A stretch of 64,000 bases of DNA from Eledone cirrhosa (GCA_964016885.1 OZ024741.1:54746001-54810000), one strand, 5' to 3'. Counted from the stretch's first letter, positions 14,011 to 27,752 are shown. Notes: generated by a model from the letters alone, not told the origin. Numbers and translations: made by a program.

Positions 14011-15305
14011 TGCTATGTCGAAATACCAATATGAAGTAAAAAGATGTAATTCAATTTTATTTTATTTGATTTTATTTCATTTTGTTTCATTTTTTCTACC
14101 ACCATGGGATAATGGTCTTGCCTCTCTCTCCGGGCAGTTGAAATCTCTCGCTCACCCTCTCTCTCACTACTAGCTGTGTCTCTTACTTTTGTTTTTACTT
14201 TATCTACAGCACATCCATAATCAGCCACCCACCCCAGTGCTGCCACAACGCGTAGAAAGAAGTACATCTACCTATGTATGCTGGGGTTTCCCCTATCTTG
14301 TTCGGCAAGTGGGGAAAAGAAGGATGTAGCAGCCATTGTCTACCCACCCGGGATTTGAGGGCGAGGTAAGTTCTACGCAATCGGTGTTTACATGCGGTTA
14401 CAAGTTCGTCTTTTTTTATTACGTGTTGTTCCTTCGTAAACAGCATTTGTATTGTTTCCTCCGAGCATAAGTTACGCGGACGGCGTCCTCCCGTCTAGGA
14501 GTTAGCCCTGGACAGTACCTGCCGAACAAGATTGGGGAAACCCCAGCATACATAGGTAGATGTACTTCTTTTCTTTTTTCCCTTTATCTTTTCTTCTCAC
14601 ATCCTTCCACTCCCTCTCCTTTTCCTTTTCCTTTTTCCTCTTTCGCCTACCTTGAGGCAGCCCATCGGGCTTTTGTAGCCTCAGTACCCCCACCCCAGTA
14701 AATTCTATATAGGATTTGCCGAAAATGCAATACCAGCTATAAATGTAGCACCTGCTTTAGACTCTAGTTCTTTTATTATTTTTTATTATTTAATTTTTTA
14801 ATATTATTATTATTTTTATTTATTATTTTTTAATTTTTTAATCTCAATTTATTAACCTTTTAATTTTATAACTTCCCACTCTCGGATTCCTCCAGATTTC
14901 TTTTTTTGCCTGCGTTCTAGCTAGCCTAATTTCATACACACTCCTTAGAATTTGCTGTATAGAATTCACTTTCAACGCTTGACCGGTTCCACCCAATCCC
15001 TCATTGCTGTACAGGCAGTTCAGCCACCCCCACCTTCCACCCATCGCCATGAAAGATTTAATTGTGTTTACAATACATTTTAACCAATCATTTTGACAAC
15101 AACAAACTTCCCATATAAGGAATTACCCCTTGAAATGTTCGGCTATTTATTACCACGCTATAAATTCTAGTTTAGTCCAGAAATAGCCGTCAAAACGGCT
15201 TGAGCTCTTGAACATTTTCCTATTACCCACTCTACTCCCCTAAGTATTGAGTACTCTGGTGCGTTATGGTCCATCTGGTTCCTTACCAAACTTCCTTCGT
15301 TATAA

Positions 15306-15369
<64 letters not shown>

Positions 15370-16039
15370 GGGGGTAGAGAGAAAGAGAGAGGGGGAGAGG
15401 GAGATAGAGAGACCCAATAATATGCTGGGATTAACTTACCGATGGACTGGAGCCCTGTCCAGTGGGGAGTCTTGTATTCTCAGTTAATTAATGCAAATAA
15501 AACCGAGACAAGTTCCGACCTTGGGACAGACTTTAATTTTTTTATATACTATTGAGAAAAAACAAAAATATTAAATGGAAATTATTAGAAAAAATACAGC
15601 CAGTCTACGTAGCTTCATGCATATGCTTTCTGATAATATTTTATAAAGTGTCAATCATATTGCTGTATTTCTGTGAATGTAACAATTTTCTAGAATAATC
15701 TCGCTATAAAAGACATACGAAGAGAGGATACAGGATATGACATTTCGTTATTTGCATCTTTTATCGATCTTTCCTTGTCATTTTAATATTTTGGGGGTTG
15801 AACTCCAATTTAACCTGTGTCAAACTTATGGTGTCATTACTATCTCTCTTTGAATTTAAATAATTTTATTAAAATATGTCGGAAGGTCTCTATTTTTCAA
15901 TGTATGTATCTATATATGTATGTATGTATGAATGTACGTATGTATGCGTGTATATATGTAAGCTTTTTCATGTGTAGGCTTATATGTATGTAAATATGCA
16001 TGAACATAGGTTAGCGTGTTTGTATGGATGTATGCAGGT

Positions 16040-16302
16040 AGGTAGGTTTGTATGTTCTCTCTTTCTCTTAATTTAGAGTATATTTTTGACTGGCCACCTT
16101 CCTGGTGGCAAGGGTGTAAAAGAAAAGAAATTGTCATCCCTTGAATCGCAAGAATGTTTTGCAAATGTTGAAGGTGCCAGCTATCGCAGCCATTTGTAGA
16201 CTATGAATTGGGGAGCTGCGCTCTTTGTCCGCAAATCCAAGTTCAGTTATACATTGGTCCAAGCGGGTTGGTACATAACCCGTAGCTCCAATAATGATGG
16301 TG
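16040..16302 (-). mobile_element. R4/Dong-type RLE element, 3' fragment
   Basis: IIIGATGYVPTRLDQCITELGF...LQMAAIAGTFNICKTFL, homologous to the C-terminus at 58535-58695. Confidence 0.75.
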
Positions 16303-16397
16303 TATGTATGTATGTACATAGAGGTGTATGTATGTATGTATGTATGTATGTATGTATGTATGTATGTATGTATGTATGTATGTATGTATGTATGTAT

Positions 16398-16982
16398 GTC
16401 AGGTCACCAGTTGGTGCTACTGGTAACATGTATCCCAGTACAACCTGTCTCATGGTCGGGTCGTTGGCGACTAAACTAGCAACCCCACCAAGGTTCCTTG
16501 GTGAGGAGGGTGACTTTGGACATCCTGCAGGACTAAAAACAAAACCTGTCAAAGGGCAAAGGAGCTCTTAAGAGTCAATGGCCATCCAAAATCACCGGGA
16601 GAAATTACCCCTTAGTCTTTGTCAAGGCAGAATTCTAGGAGAAGGAAAACTCTGATATAACACCTGCAACCCTGATGGTATCCAATGATGTTGACTTGTT
16701 CTTCTTTTTGGTAAATATCATCTTTGTGCAGTGCCTTTGCTCACTATAAAAGCTTCATGGCACAGGCATTGCTTTATACCTAGAGATCTCTCTGCACTTG
16801 TCGTCACATGGTACCATGGGCCCAGCACTATGTGTCAATAGTTGTCACAAGTGTAGTGTTTGTACCAGAGTTTTCAAGCCGCTGGCTGGACTGAAAAGTC
16901 ACACTCGTTCAGCGCATCGGTAGGGGTTTTCCTACATGGATATAAAGTAGTGGCCGTACTCGAAAACGAGTTGGCAGCCACC

Positions 16983-16983
<1 letters not shown>
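16398..16983 (+). mobile_element. ~590-bp non-coding SINE-like element embedded in (TATG)n
   Basis: Further copies at 56951-57455 and 58937-59546 (minus); contains CTAGGAGAAGGAAAACTCTGA, reminiscent of RTE 5' UTRs. Confidence 0.85.
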
Positions 16984-17015
<32 letters not shown>

Positions 17016-17059
17016 TGTATGTATGTATGTATGTACGTATGTATGTATGTATGTAGGCA

Positions 17060-17700
17060 TCTAGATTGTTGTCATGGCACTTTATAAATTGAACAACATG
17101 ATAAGAGGACAGAAAAAAACGCTCGAGGACTATAGAAAGTATGAACGACGATGGCCTGGGATCGGCTCTTGGTGTTGACGAGGGGAGTCTGAACAGGCTT
17201 TTCAGCAGGACTTTCAGATCGGTCATTATAGAGAATTTTCAATAATCATTGGCATTGCAGTGCTACAGAGAACACTACCAGTTTGGGACAAGATCCACAG
17301 ACACAGAAGTGCTAACAGCCGCAAATGTCCGAGATGCTCGCAAGGAGACGAAACCGTTCTGCATACTATGGCCTAGAACACTTGCATTGCAGTGTTACAG
17401 GCTTGTGTCGAACAACTACTAATACGTGTAGGACAGATCTGCCTATCATCCGGGTTCATAGTGAAGATTGAGTCGGCACATTCTTGTTCCTCTGCCTGAT
17501 AGGTACGGCAAAAGAGCTATATGGGGGACTAACAGTATTGAAGACAGGAAACTTCATCTCCTGCCAAGCCCTCATCAACTCCTACAAATTCTTCATGAGG
17601 AGGAAAGTGATGGTAGATAGGGAGGGGCTGCAGACTAGTGTGTTTAATGAAAGATGGCTGAGATATACAAGACTGACGTAGTACATAGCCCTACACTGCA
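17060..17700 (+). mobile_element. Older, diverged Tx1-like ORF2 C-terminal fragment
   Basis: DDGLGSALGVDEGSLNRLFSRTF and SLALQCYR..LPV align with DDALGEALGMEEDELDNLFCRTF and SLAWQCYRRALPV of the 35-kb element. Confidence 0.75.
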
Positions 17701-18139
17701 TTTCTAAGCAGGAATAAGGAAACCAACAATGGGCACTTTCAATGCCCGGAAGGCAACAGAGTAACCCGGGAGATTTATATGGTGTTTACACTGGAATTAT
17801 CCTAAAGTGTAGTCCCCCGATATTGGGGAAGCGGCCCTTGTTGGCATCCATTATAATTATTAACATTGCCGTTCATCCTTACGGGGTCGATACAATAAAG
17901 TACCAGTAATGCACTTAGGTAATTGCTGGCCTTGTGCCGAAAGTACAAAAAATTATAATTATTGTTTTCTATTGTCATGTATTACAATTTCTGTTATTCT
18001 ACTTCAAAAATCCTCCGGAGGAACCCCATTTCGGCTGCTTGTATTTGCGATCGCATTCTTTGGGTTATTACCCAAGATTCATGACAACAGGTAAGGGATA
18101 GGACAAATACCCAATTGAAGATAGTGAGTTAGGATTTTA

Positions 18140-18322
18140 AACATCCCTCTCTTCTGATTAACGAATGCCAAAGCTGAAGCATTACTGCACCAGCTACTTC
18201 AATTCTTGCCCTCAACTCGGCCACCTGCCTTCAATCACTCATGAACTTGGCTCCGAAATACTTGAACTTCTCCACCTCCTTCAGTGGAACTCCATTCACG
18301 TGTAGAGTGCACTGCGCGGGTC
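18140..18322 (-). mobile_element. RTE-clade RT fragment
   Basis: CTLHVNGVPLKEVEKFKYFGAKFMSD*RQVAELRARIEVAGAVM. Confidence 0.7.
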
Positions 18323-18374
18323 CATTAGTACAGCGAATAACAGACATCAACGTCATATATATATATATATATAT

Positions 18375-18680
18375 GAAAGACGTAAAATAAGAAAATTATA
18401 AAAATCAACTTACTTACTAAAATTTCACTCCAACTAATTAGTTTCTGTAAGGGAATAAACATGGTTTCGGAATGAAACCACAGAGAAAATCCTTACGTCA
18501 TCAGGGAGTCTATTCTCAGCTAAGTTCCCAGGAATGCGTGGACACAGGGAACTTATACAAAAATAATTCAGTGGATGGAAAAAAGCGAGCGGGGACTAAA
18601 TTCCAGGACATACAAAAACCCACGCAACGTCTGTACACATACGAACGTATACACCAAATACACATAAAACATATATAAAA

Positions 18681-18711
<31 letters not shown>

Positions 18712-20630
18712 CGCGCGTATACATATAATTATATAAACGTATATAAATATACACATATAAATACGTATATAACGCGCGCGCACACATACCTACATGTAAA
18801 TACGCATCTGACCGTTAAACGTACGTCAACCAAACGCAAAGTACGCATATACACACACCCAACATACGTGCAAATTCGCATACACACACAAACGAAAATC
18901 TCACGTATACTCATAACCATTTACACATGTACCAGTACATATAATATATACGCTTATAACAAATACAAGCAAATAAACGTACGAGAAAGTATACGTATCT
19001 TCATAAAACATACAGGTAATATATACTTACCTATAAAAATAAGTAATGGTATAAACATAATATACCTAGCTACCACATCAAGAGGTAAATTACCCGCATA
19101 TAGTTCGTACTATCCGTTAGGGTATAATATGGGGCTGTAATACAGAAAAGTGTGTGAACTTTATGCTTACAAGCCGAAATTGCTTCAGATTGTTTGTTTA
19201 AGATGTGGTCATTGGCGTAGAGTATTTCCAGGGCTTCAGCGGCGCAGAGGTCACATGGTCTTTTATTTCCATTATACGATCTAGCTTGAGCTAGGATCTC
19301 CCAGTGTAACCTATATTGGGTGTGGTTGTCTTTTAGACTCCAGATATAAACTGTAATGAAAAGAATGGGTATGCATGTAAAGACGCTGCTTGAATTTATT
19401 GGCGGTTAACCCTATGTAGGCCCTACGGCACGTGGGTGTTTCAACCTTACATTTGTAGACAATGTTACTAGAGAGGCATTTCCCGGATAGGGGGCAGTCA
19501 ACCCGATTCATATAATTACAGTTAGTACTAGCTACAGGGTTGCACGTGTTACTACGGCTAGGTAATTTAGCTAAATTTGAAGCAGTGATGTTATGTGCAA
19601 GGTTAGGAGTCGTAGAGTAAGGAATTTTAATGGTATTTCTATTAAAAATATTAATATATTTATGTGCTGGGGGTAAATCCTTCATAATAAGGCAGTGTAA
19701 GATCTTAGCTAATGGTGTGGCCACCTCCATATCATATGGTGGGTTATACCATATATTGCGTTGGGATCTATTTTTCCTAGGTCTATGCTCATACTCGATA
19801 TACGCTACCTTATGACAAATCCACTCCGAGCAAGAGCTTCATTGTAATATGTGGAATAGTCGTTGAAAATATGCTCGTTTGTAGATAGACGGGAAAGCCT
19901 CAAAGAAACGTTTCTTACAGGTTCTTGGTTATGCTGGCAGGATGGTTAGAATGCTTACTTATATAATTAAGCGTATCATTCGGCTTTCTATACGGGTAGT
20001 GCAAGCCATTCGACAAATTGAGGGTAACGTCGAGGTAATTAACGATGGAGAGGTTGGCCTCAACCTGTATGGAGAGGTTGAAGCCTTTAAAGAAATCTGT
20101 GAGTTCTTTTCTGAACCTGTCGCAAGCGCATGGGCCGCACTCAGTCATGGTCAAAAGACCGCCATCACGGTACAAACCACCGCCCACGTTGGGGAATTCT
20201 TCCTTGATAGAGAAAAGAAGAAAAATGCCGATAAGATCAGTAGCCTCCGCAGAATCGCTGGCACCCATACTCACGTCGAATGGGGTACTATTAGATTTTT
20301 TAATCCAAATAGAGTCGTTGAAATTAATCACCGAGTTACGGGCATTGAGGATGACATCAACTTCGAAATCCTTAACCACTGTGAGCGTTTTAGCGAAATT
20401 GATAGCTCTAAGAAGAAGTGGTAAAGTGATGGAGGCGTAGTAATTATTGATGTCGAATTGGATAAAACGGCAATGTTCCTTGTTGCATATGCCGTGGAAC
20501 CAATCAATCACCGCGAAAGAATTGTTCCACAGTGCAAGAGGTGTCAAGATTCTAATTTCAGAAATAATTCTATCTAAAATCCTTTTACTAAGTCTAACTA
20601 AATCGAACTTCGTAAGGTTAATAAGCCGAA
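18375..20630 (-). mobile_element. Penelope-like element (Neptune-type), 5'-truncated: RT, GIY-YIG endonuclease and 3' UTR
   Basis: FIQFDINNYYAS, FDVSMGASDSAE, GLYRDGGL, VNYLDVTL, PYRKPN, HSNHP; CPLSGKCLSSNIVYKCKV...AYIGLT..FKQRL; disrupted frames. Confidence 0.9.
18427..18509 (-). ncRNA. Type-I hammerhead ribozyme motif in the Penelope 3' region
   Basis: ACTCC CTGATGA CGTAAGG...[TGGTTTC/GAAACCA]...CCTTACA GAA ACTAATTAGT T GGAGT; palindromic stem III; C.A mismatch closes stem II. Confidence 0.75.
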
Positions 20631-20915
20631 TGGCGTATTATCTTCGTTTTTTTTTCGTTCTTTGCCAGGGAACGTGTCCACGAACTAAAGTATCGTCTTC
20701 TTGTCTTCCTTCGGTTACAACGTTTTTCGAAATATTTACTTCTGCGTTCACAGATTGATTTTTTAGTTTCAGAAGATCCCGTTAAAGTTGAAAGCAGCGA
20801 AACTTTAATCTGTTATTTCAATAAATTTTAGCTCTACGGTTCTTATATATTTGATATATATTTCTCCTTATCGAGCCCTCTTTGGATGTTAGTCTTCAGA
20901 TTTATTATTATTACT
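20631..20915 (+). mobile_element. Inverted pseudo-LTR-like piece abutting the 5' truncation of the Penelope element
   Basis: Homologous to 27540-27750 and 30797-30870, and to 26690-26735 in reverse. Confidence 0.65.
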
Positions 20916-20917
20916 AT

Positions 20918-20972
<55 letters not shown>

Positions 20973-21107
20973 GTTGATGACTGTTAACCGCTGTAGTAAT
21001 GGACTTATTATATTTTGACTAAATAGGCTAGAAATGTGGTCCTATAATATGGGATGGTCTTAGGGAAGATATAAATATATAAATAAATATATTTTTCGAA
21101 TAATAAT

Positions 21108-21284
21108 AATTGTTTCTACTTTAGGCACAAGGCCAGCAATTACCCAGTGCATTACTGGTACTTTATTTTATCGACCCCGTAAGGATGAAAGGCAAAGTCA
21201 ACCTCGGCAGGATTTGAACTCAGATCGTAAAGGGACGTAACTATGCTGGAAAACATGGCGTCCGACCCTCTACCGATACTGCCA
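21108..21284 (-). mobile_element. tRNA-derived SINE
   Basis: Near-identical reverse complement of 3671-3850. Confidence 0.9.
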
Positions 21285-21919
21285 AATAATAATAACATTC
21301 GATTCGTTTAAAATTTTGCAAACAAGCCTTAAATTTATAGCCATGTCAGTAGAATCAACACTTCATTCTTGCTCTTATGCTTGTTTGCAAAATTGCAAAC
21401 GATTCGAATGTTATTATTAATATTCGAAAAATTCAGATTACATTTATTGTATTCAGCCATGTAGAGCGAAATTTTCCTTTTATATTTGTGTGTGTATGTG
21501 TGTGTATTTATATATACAAAGATAGATACACTATATGCCGACGTACAAGTCAATCCGACGCATAGGTCGACTCCTAAATTCTGATGTGTAATTCAGGCTA
21601 TAAGCATATAGTCGCCGGGCAGACGATCCCCCCCCCCCCCAAAAAAAAGATAAGGTAGTACTTCAGTCGCAAATGAGTTCTAACTCATTGAGTAAACCAG
21701 CCTGCCCTAACTTTAACAAACTTATGGTAACCTACCCTATGATATGGCAAGTCATTGATATAATTATAATCTCTACGTTAAATAGATGTAACAAATATGA
21801 CATTCAGTAGAAAATAATTGTGATGGACTGCTAGAGTTATGGTAAGTGGTGTACAACGAGTGTTAGGCAGGCAGTTTCACTGTTTACGCCTCACTGGCAA
21901 AGGTTCAGATTTTATATTC

Positions 21920-24023
21920 GCCCGAAGCAGTGTAGGTCGGTGGATTGGACGCGTTCCATTAGTATATTGACGGCCGGGAGTGCCGGGACCGAGGTGTAGA
22001 GAGCGACTACATCAAGGCTGAAGGCATATCTGTTATTCCTTCTGGTGTCGGGATCCATTTGATGCAGGCGCCTCAACACCTCCTCGGAGCTGTTAACGTG
22101 TCCCGGCAAGGTGTCGCTCTCTACACCTCGGTCCCGGCAGTCCCGGCCGTCAATATGCTAATGGAACGCGTCCAATCCACCGACCTACACTGCTTCGGGC
22201 TCACCACCACGGACATCCACCAACTCCTATCCATCGTCGTCGACAACACCTACTTCGGATTCCTTGACCAAATATACCAACAAACCTCGGGATTGCCCAT
22301 GGGATCAAGTCTATCAGGTGTGCTAGCGATCTCCTACATGGACAACCTCGAACGAAAGGCTCTCAACGCCTGCCACCCCAACGCCGTAGCCTTTTTCTCA
22401 AGATACGTGGACGATATCCTCATCCTCACATCTTCCCAAGACAAGGCGAACAGAATCTATGAGACGTTCAACAACACGGACGAGAACATTGACTTCAGTG
22501 TTGAACACCCCAACGAAGACGGGTCACTTGCCCTCCTCGACTTCTGAATCAACATCACGGAACAAGGAGGGATCCACTGCAACTTCTACCGAAAGGCAGC
22601 CTGTAGGGACCTATTCGTTCACTACAAGTCCGCCCTCCCTAACAGTGCCAAAAGAGGATACATCACGAACGAGATCGCGCGAATCAAAAACAGATGCAGC
22701 GATCCCGCCAGTGGTGTCACTCATACCAAGCGATTCCTCGAGGTGCTGGAGACGAACGGGTACCCTACCTCGATCACAGACAGAATAGGAGACACCAGAC
22801 GCAAGAGACAGAGAAGCACCCAAGGCAAGTGCTTCCTTAAAATGCCACACCTGGGCGAGAAAACCACCAACGCTATCCGCAAGGCTATACGGAGGGAGGG
22901 CCTCGACATCCACCTGGCCCACTCGGGCAACTCCCTGCGAAGATGCCTCTCCAGAAAACCCGAAAAATCTACTGACGCATGCTCCCTCAGAGACTGCCCG
23001 ATACGCCATGCCAACTGTTGCCTACGCACATACGTCGTGTATAAGATAGAATGTGACAGGTGCAACCAATACTACATAGGTAGCACAATTCGACCTTTGC
23101 ACATCCGGATCAAGGAACACATTAAAACCACGGCCTCGTCTTTCCGGAAACACATAGACAAATGCGGAAACAAAGACGGAAGGCCCATTGTCACAATTCT
23201 AGCGACTGAAAGAAACATCGGCACGTTACGTATTAAGGAAGCACTTCTTATCAAACAACTGCAACCGCAAATAAACAACCGATTAGAGAGAAGCGAAATG
23301 AAATGGCTGGTTTAATTTAACAAGCGATGCAACAACACACAACACACGCACACACACACGCAAACGAGACAACTACACACACACACGCACACACACACAC
23401 AGTAGCATTCCACCATACGAACATACTACACTGCCAATACAGATGAACAAGGCAACATCACACGCACACACACACACACACACACACTCAAGCGAGACAA
23501 CAACACACGCACACACACACACAGTAACATTTAACAAACAGGCAGAGAATGGACTGACAGCTAGCGCCATCCCACTCCCTCATTCGGCCGCTGACCTCTG
23601 TACGACCGACCCCATTTCACGCGCACGCGCGCTAGGCCGAATACCTCAGATATTCAAATCAACAAACAGCGAAAGACGCGTTCCGAGTTGTCCGACAGAC
23701 AACCTTTTCCCCCACCCCGGAAAAAACCCCAGTTGATGGATGTGAATCCGAAATATATAGGGACTATTAAATCTCTCCCAAGGTAACTCTCTCTCTTGTG
23801 TTGTTATTATTATTGTTATTCTTTTACTCTTCCCTTCATTCTACACATCTCACACATCTTATACACACCACGCATCTCAACGTACACCCACTTACATATC
23901 TTTCCCTCCACCACCGGACCTTGTTACCCGGAGATTTACCCATTTGCATTGTCGAGGCTTCCAAACGACTTATAAATATTTACTTATTGTTCCACAATGC
24001 TTCAAGCAAACTTCAATACTCTC

Positions 24024-24025
<2 letters not shown>
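21920..24025 (+). mobile_element. Penelope-like element, 5'-truncated with an inverted 5' segment; RT + GIY-YIG + 3' UTR/pLTR
   Basis: ALYTSVP, YQQTSGLPMGSSLS, RYVDD, LALLDF; C..CPI..CC..YVVYKIEC..C..YYIGSTIRPLHIRIKEH; the 3' part is repeated at 34118-34475. Confidence 0.92.
22113..23315 (+). pseudogene. Penelope-like RT/GIY-YIG reading frame with a single in-frame TGA (22545-22547)
   Basis: ORFs 22059..22547 and 22743..23315 are in the same frame, and the intervening codons read through as INITEQGGIHCNFYRK... Confidence 0.85.
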
Positions 24026-24056
<31 letters not shown>

Positions 24057-24386
24057 GGTGTGTGTCTGTGTGTATGTGTGGCATAAACGCAAAGTAACGA
24101 TTGCTCAGTGCATCAATATGTCAAGTAGAGTAAATGTTTATCGACCGGATTTAAACAGTAACACAAACTAGGAAATATATATATATATATATTTTTTTTT
24201 TACATATTATTCTATAAAGGTTTGATTGTATTGAATTTATTACTCATTTATCGTGCTTACAAGATGATTGCAACTCCTGAAAGAAACTTGAAGTACTGGG
24301 AATGTATCTCGAGTTTATATATAATATAGGGATGTATGTATGCATATATATATATATTTTTTTTCCCATATCTTACGTTAAATAAT

Positions 24387-24570
24387 TGTTTCTACTTTAG
24401 GCACAAGGCCAGCAATTACCCAGTGCATTACTGGTACTTTATTTTATCGACCCCGTAAGGATGAAAGGCAAAGTCAACCTCGGAGGGATTTGAACTCAGA
24501 TCGTAAAGGGACGTAACTATGCTGGAAAGCATGGCGTCGGACCCTCTACCGATACTGCCAATCCACCGCC
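24387..24570 (-). mobile_element. Full-length tRNA-derived SINE with TSD
   Basis: CTTACGTTAAATAAT duplicated at 24372-24386 and 24571-24585. Confidence 0.93.
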
Positions 24571-24678
24571 CTTACGTTAAATAATATTTTCCATCTTGAC
24601 GTAATAGTCACTTATATGTATGAATTACTGTTGGCTTCTTGCTCACAGCTTCTTGCTCACATTAATTTCTCTATTTTC

Positions 24679-24789
<111 letters not shown>

Positions 24790-24927
24790 AGTTAAAGGGA
24801 TATTCAATTTGTTGGTAATTCAACAAATATAAATGTTTATAACTGATTCAAAGCACTCGACGGGTTTTCTGGAGTATAATATTCAATGATATTAAATTAA
24901 TGGAAACTATATTTATAAAACCATATT

Positions 24928-24988
24928 TATTCTATTATATATATTTCAAGGGTACCAAAACTTTGGTACACCCTCATCAGATAAAATA
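24928..24988 (-). ncRNA. Type-I hammerhead motif (family A), left arm of a fold-back
   Basis: TATTTTAT CTGATGA GGGTGTACCAAAGTTTTGGTACCCTT GAA ATATATAT A ATAGAATA. Confidence 0.75.
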
Positions 24989-25119
24989 CAAAGTTTGTTT
25001 TATAAATATTGACATAACCAGAAAAAGATACCTTAACGGTTCAAGATTTTCTGGATAGAAAACATCAACGGTTAAGGTAGCTTTTTCTGGTTATGTCAAT
25101 ATTTATAAAACAAACTTTG

Positions 25120-25180
25120 TATTGTATCTGATGAGGGTGTACCAAAGTTTTGGTACCCTTGAAATATATATAATAGAATA
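25120..25180 (+). ncRNA. Type-I hammerhead motif (family A), right arm of a fold-back
   Basis: TATTGTAT CTGATGA GGGTGTACCAAAGTTTTGGTACCCTT GAA ATATATAT A ATAGAATA. Confidence 0.72.
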
Positions 25181-25232
25181 AATATCGTTTTATAAATATA
25201 GTTTCCATTTATTTAATATCATTGAATTGTAT

Positions 25233-25311
<79 letters not shown>

Positions 25312-26019
25312 AAAATGGGGAGAAAAATACTGCTGGTAGCACATGGATAACATGTAATAAAATAAGTCCCTCATCAGTGATTTGCCGACGATCATAGATA
25401 TTTCATTTCATTAAAAATCATATACCTCACGTCGGTGCAATAATAACTAAATTAAGTTATTAGGACAATTAAAACGCGTAAAGCGAGTGAGACAGGAAAA
25501 CAACAAAGAGTAGAGCTAACCGTAGAAGGAAGGAAACAAGCTTCATAGTTATTCTGTTAGCATAAGCTAGGTGAATATATGAGCGTTTAGAAAAAAGACC
25601 TTTCGCGAACGAATGCAATATATATATATATATATAAATATAAATAAAATTAAAAAATGTGGAGAAGGAGCACACGAGTTGGAATATATATATATGTGTG
25701 TGTAATTAGGGATAAAAAGTCGATTATTAGGAAGAAAAATAGTTGTTATTCCTTTTATTTATTTCTCTTTTTTCTGGGTTAGAAAATGTTTAAAACAAAA
25801 TATTTTACTTTGTGTGAAGTGTTAAGGTATTAATTAATTTATGTATTAATTAACAGGGCATTTATTTATTTATTTATTTATTTATATAATAATTCTCTAT
25901 AAATTCGAATTTATAGACAAAATATTGTTTGTAAATTTTGGTCCCGTTCTTTTCTCTTTTATACTGAAGTAAGACGATTTAAGATATATTTTTGTTGTTA
26001 GCATTAGTCAATTAGGGAT

Positions 26020-26204
26020 AATTGTTTCTACCTTAGGCACAAGGCCAGCAATTACCGAGTGCATTACTGGTAGTTTATTTTATCGACCCCGTAAGGATGA
26101 AAGGCAAAGTCAACCTCGGCAGGATCTGAACTCAGATCGTAAAGGGACGTAACTATGCTGTAAAGCATGGTGTCCGACCCTCTACCGATACTGCTAATCC
26201 ACCG
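26020..26204 (-). mobile_element. tRNA-derived SINE
   Basis: Family match; GTCAATTAG repeated on both flanks. Confidence 0.9.
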
Positions 26205-26557
26205 TCAATTAGTCATATATAAATTAATATATGATAAACACTAATTCAATTATATAAGTGTTTGTATTGTAAATGACCAAGTTAGCTAGATTGAAAAATA
26301 CTAATTAGAAAGTACCAGTAATGCACTGGTTTATTGCTGGCCTTGTGCCTAAAGTAGAAAATTTAATTAGAATTTTTCAATCTAGCTAACTTGGTCATTT
26401 GCAATACAAACACTTATATAATTGAATTAGTGTTTATCATATATTAATTTATATTAATTTGTAATTTTGTATTTCACGGCTCAGAAATATCTCTTTCTTT
26501 GAGCTATTTAATTGTAAAAGACTGTTTGAGTTTATATAACTCTATATATAGTATATA

Positions 26558-27750
<1,193 letters not shown>

Positions 27751-27752
27751 TA

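Noticed and set aside
25360-25392. CTGATGAG on the minus strand (similar isolated cores at 8888, 42600, 47528, 49778, 58479)
   Set aside because: No compatible stem II/GAAA/stem III arrangement, or the core lies within coding remnants
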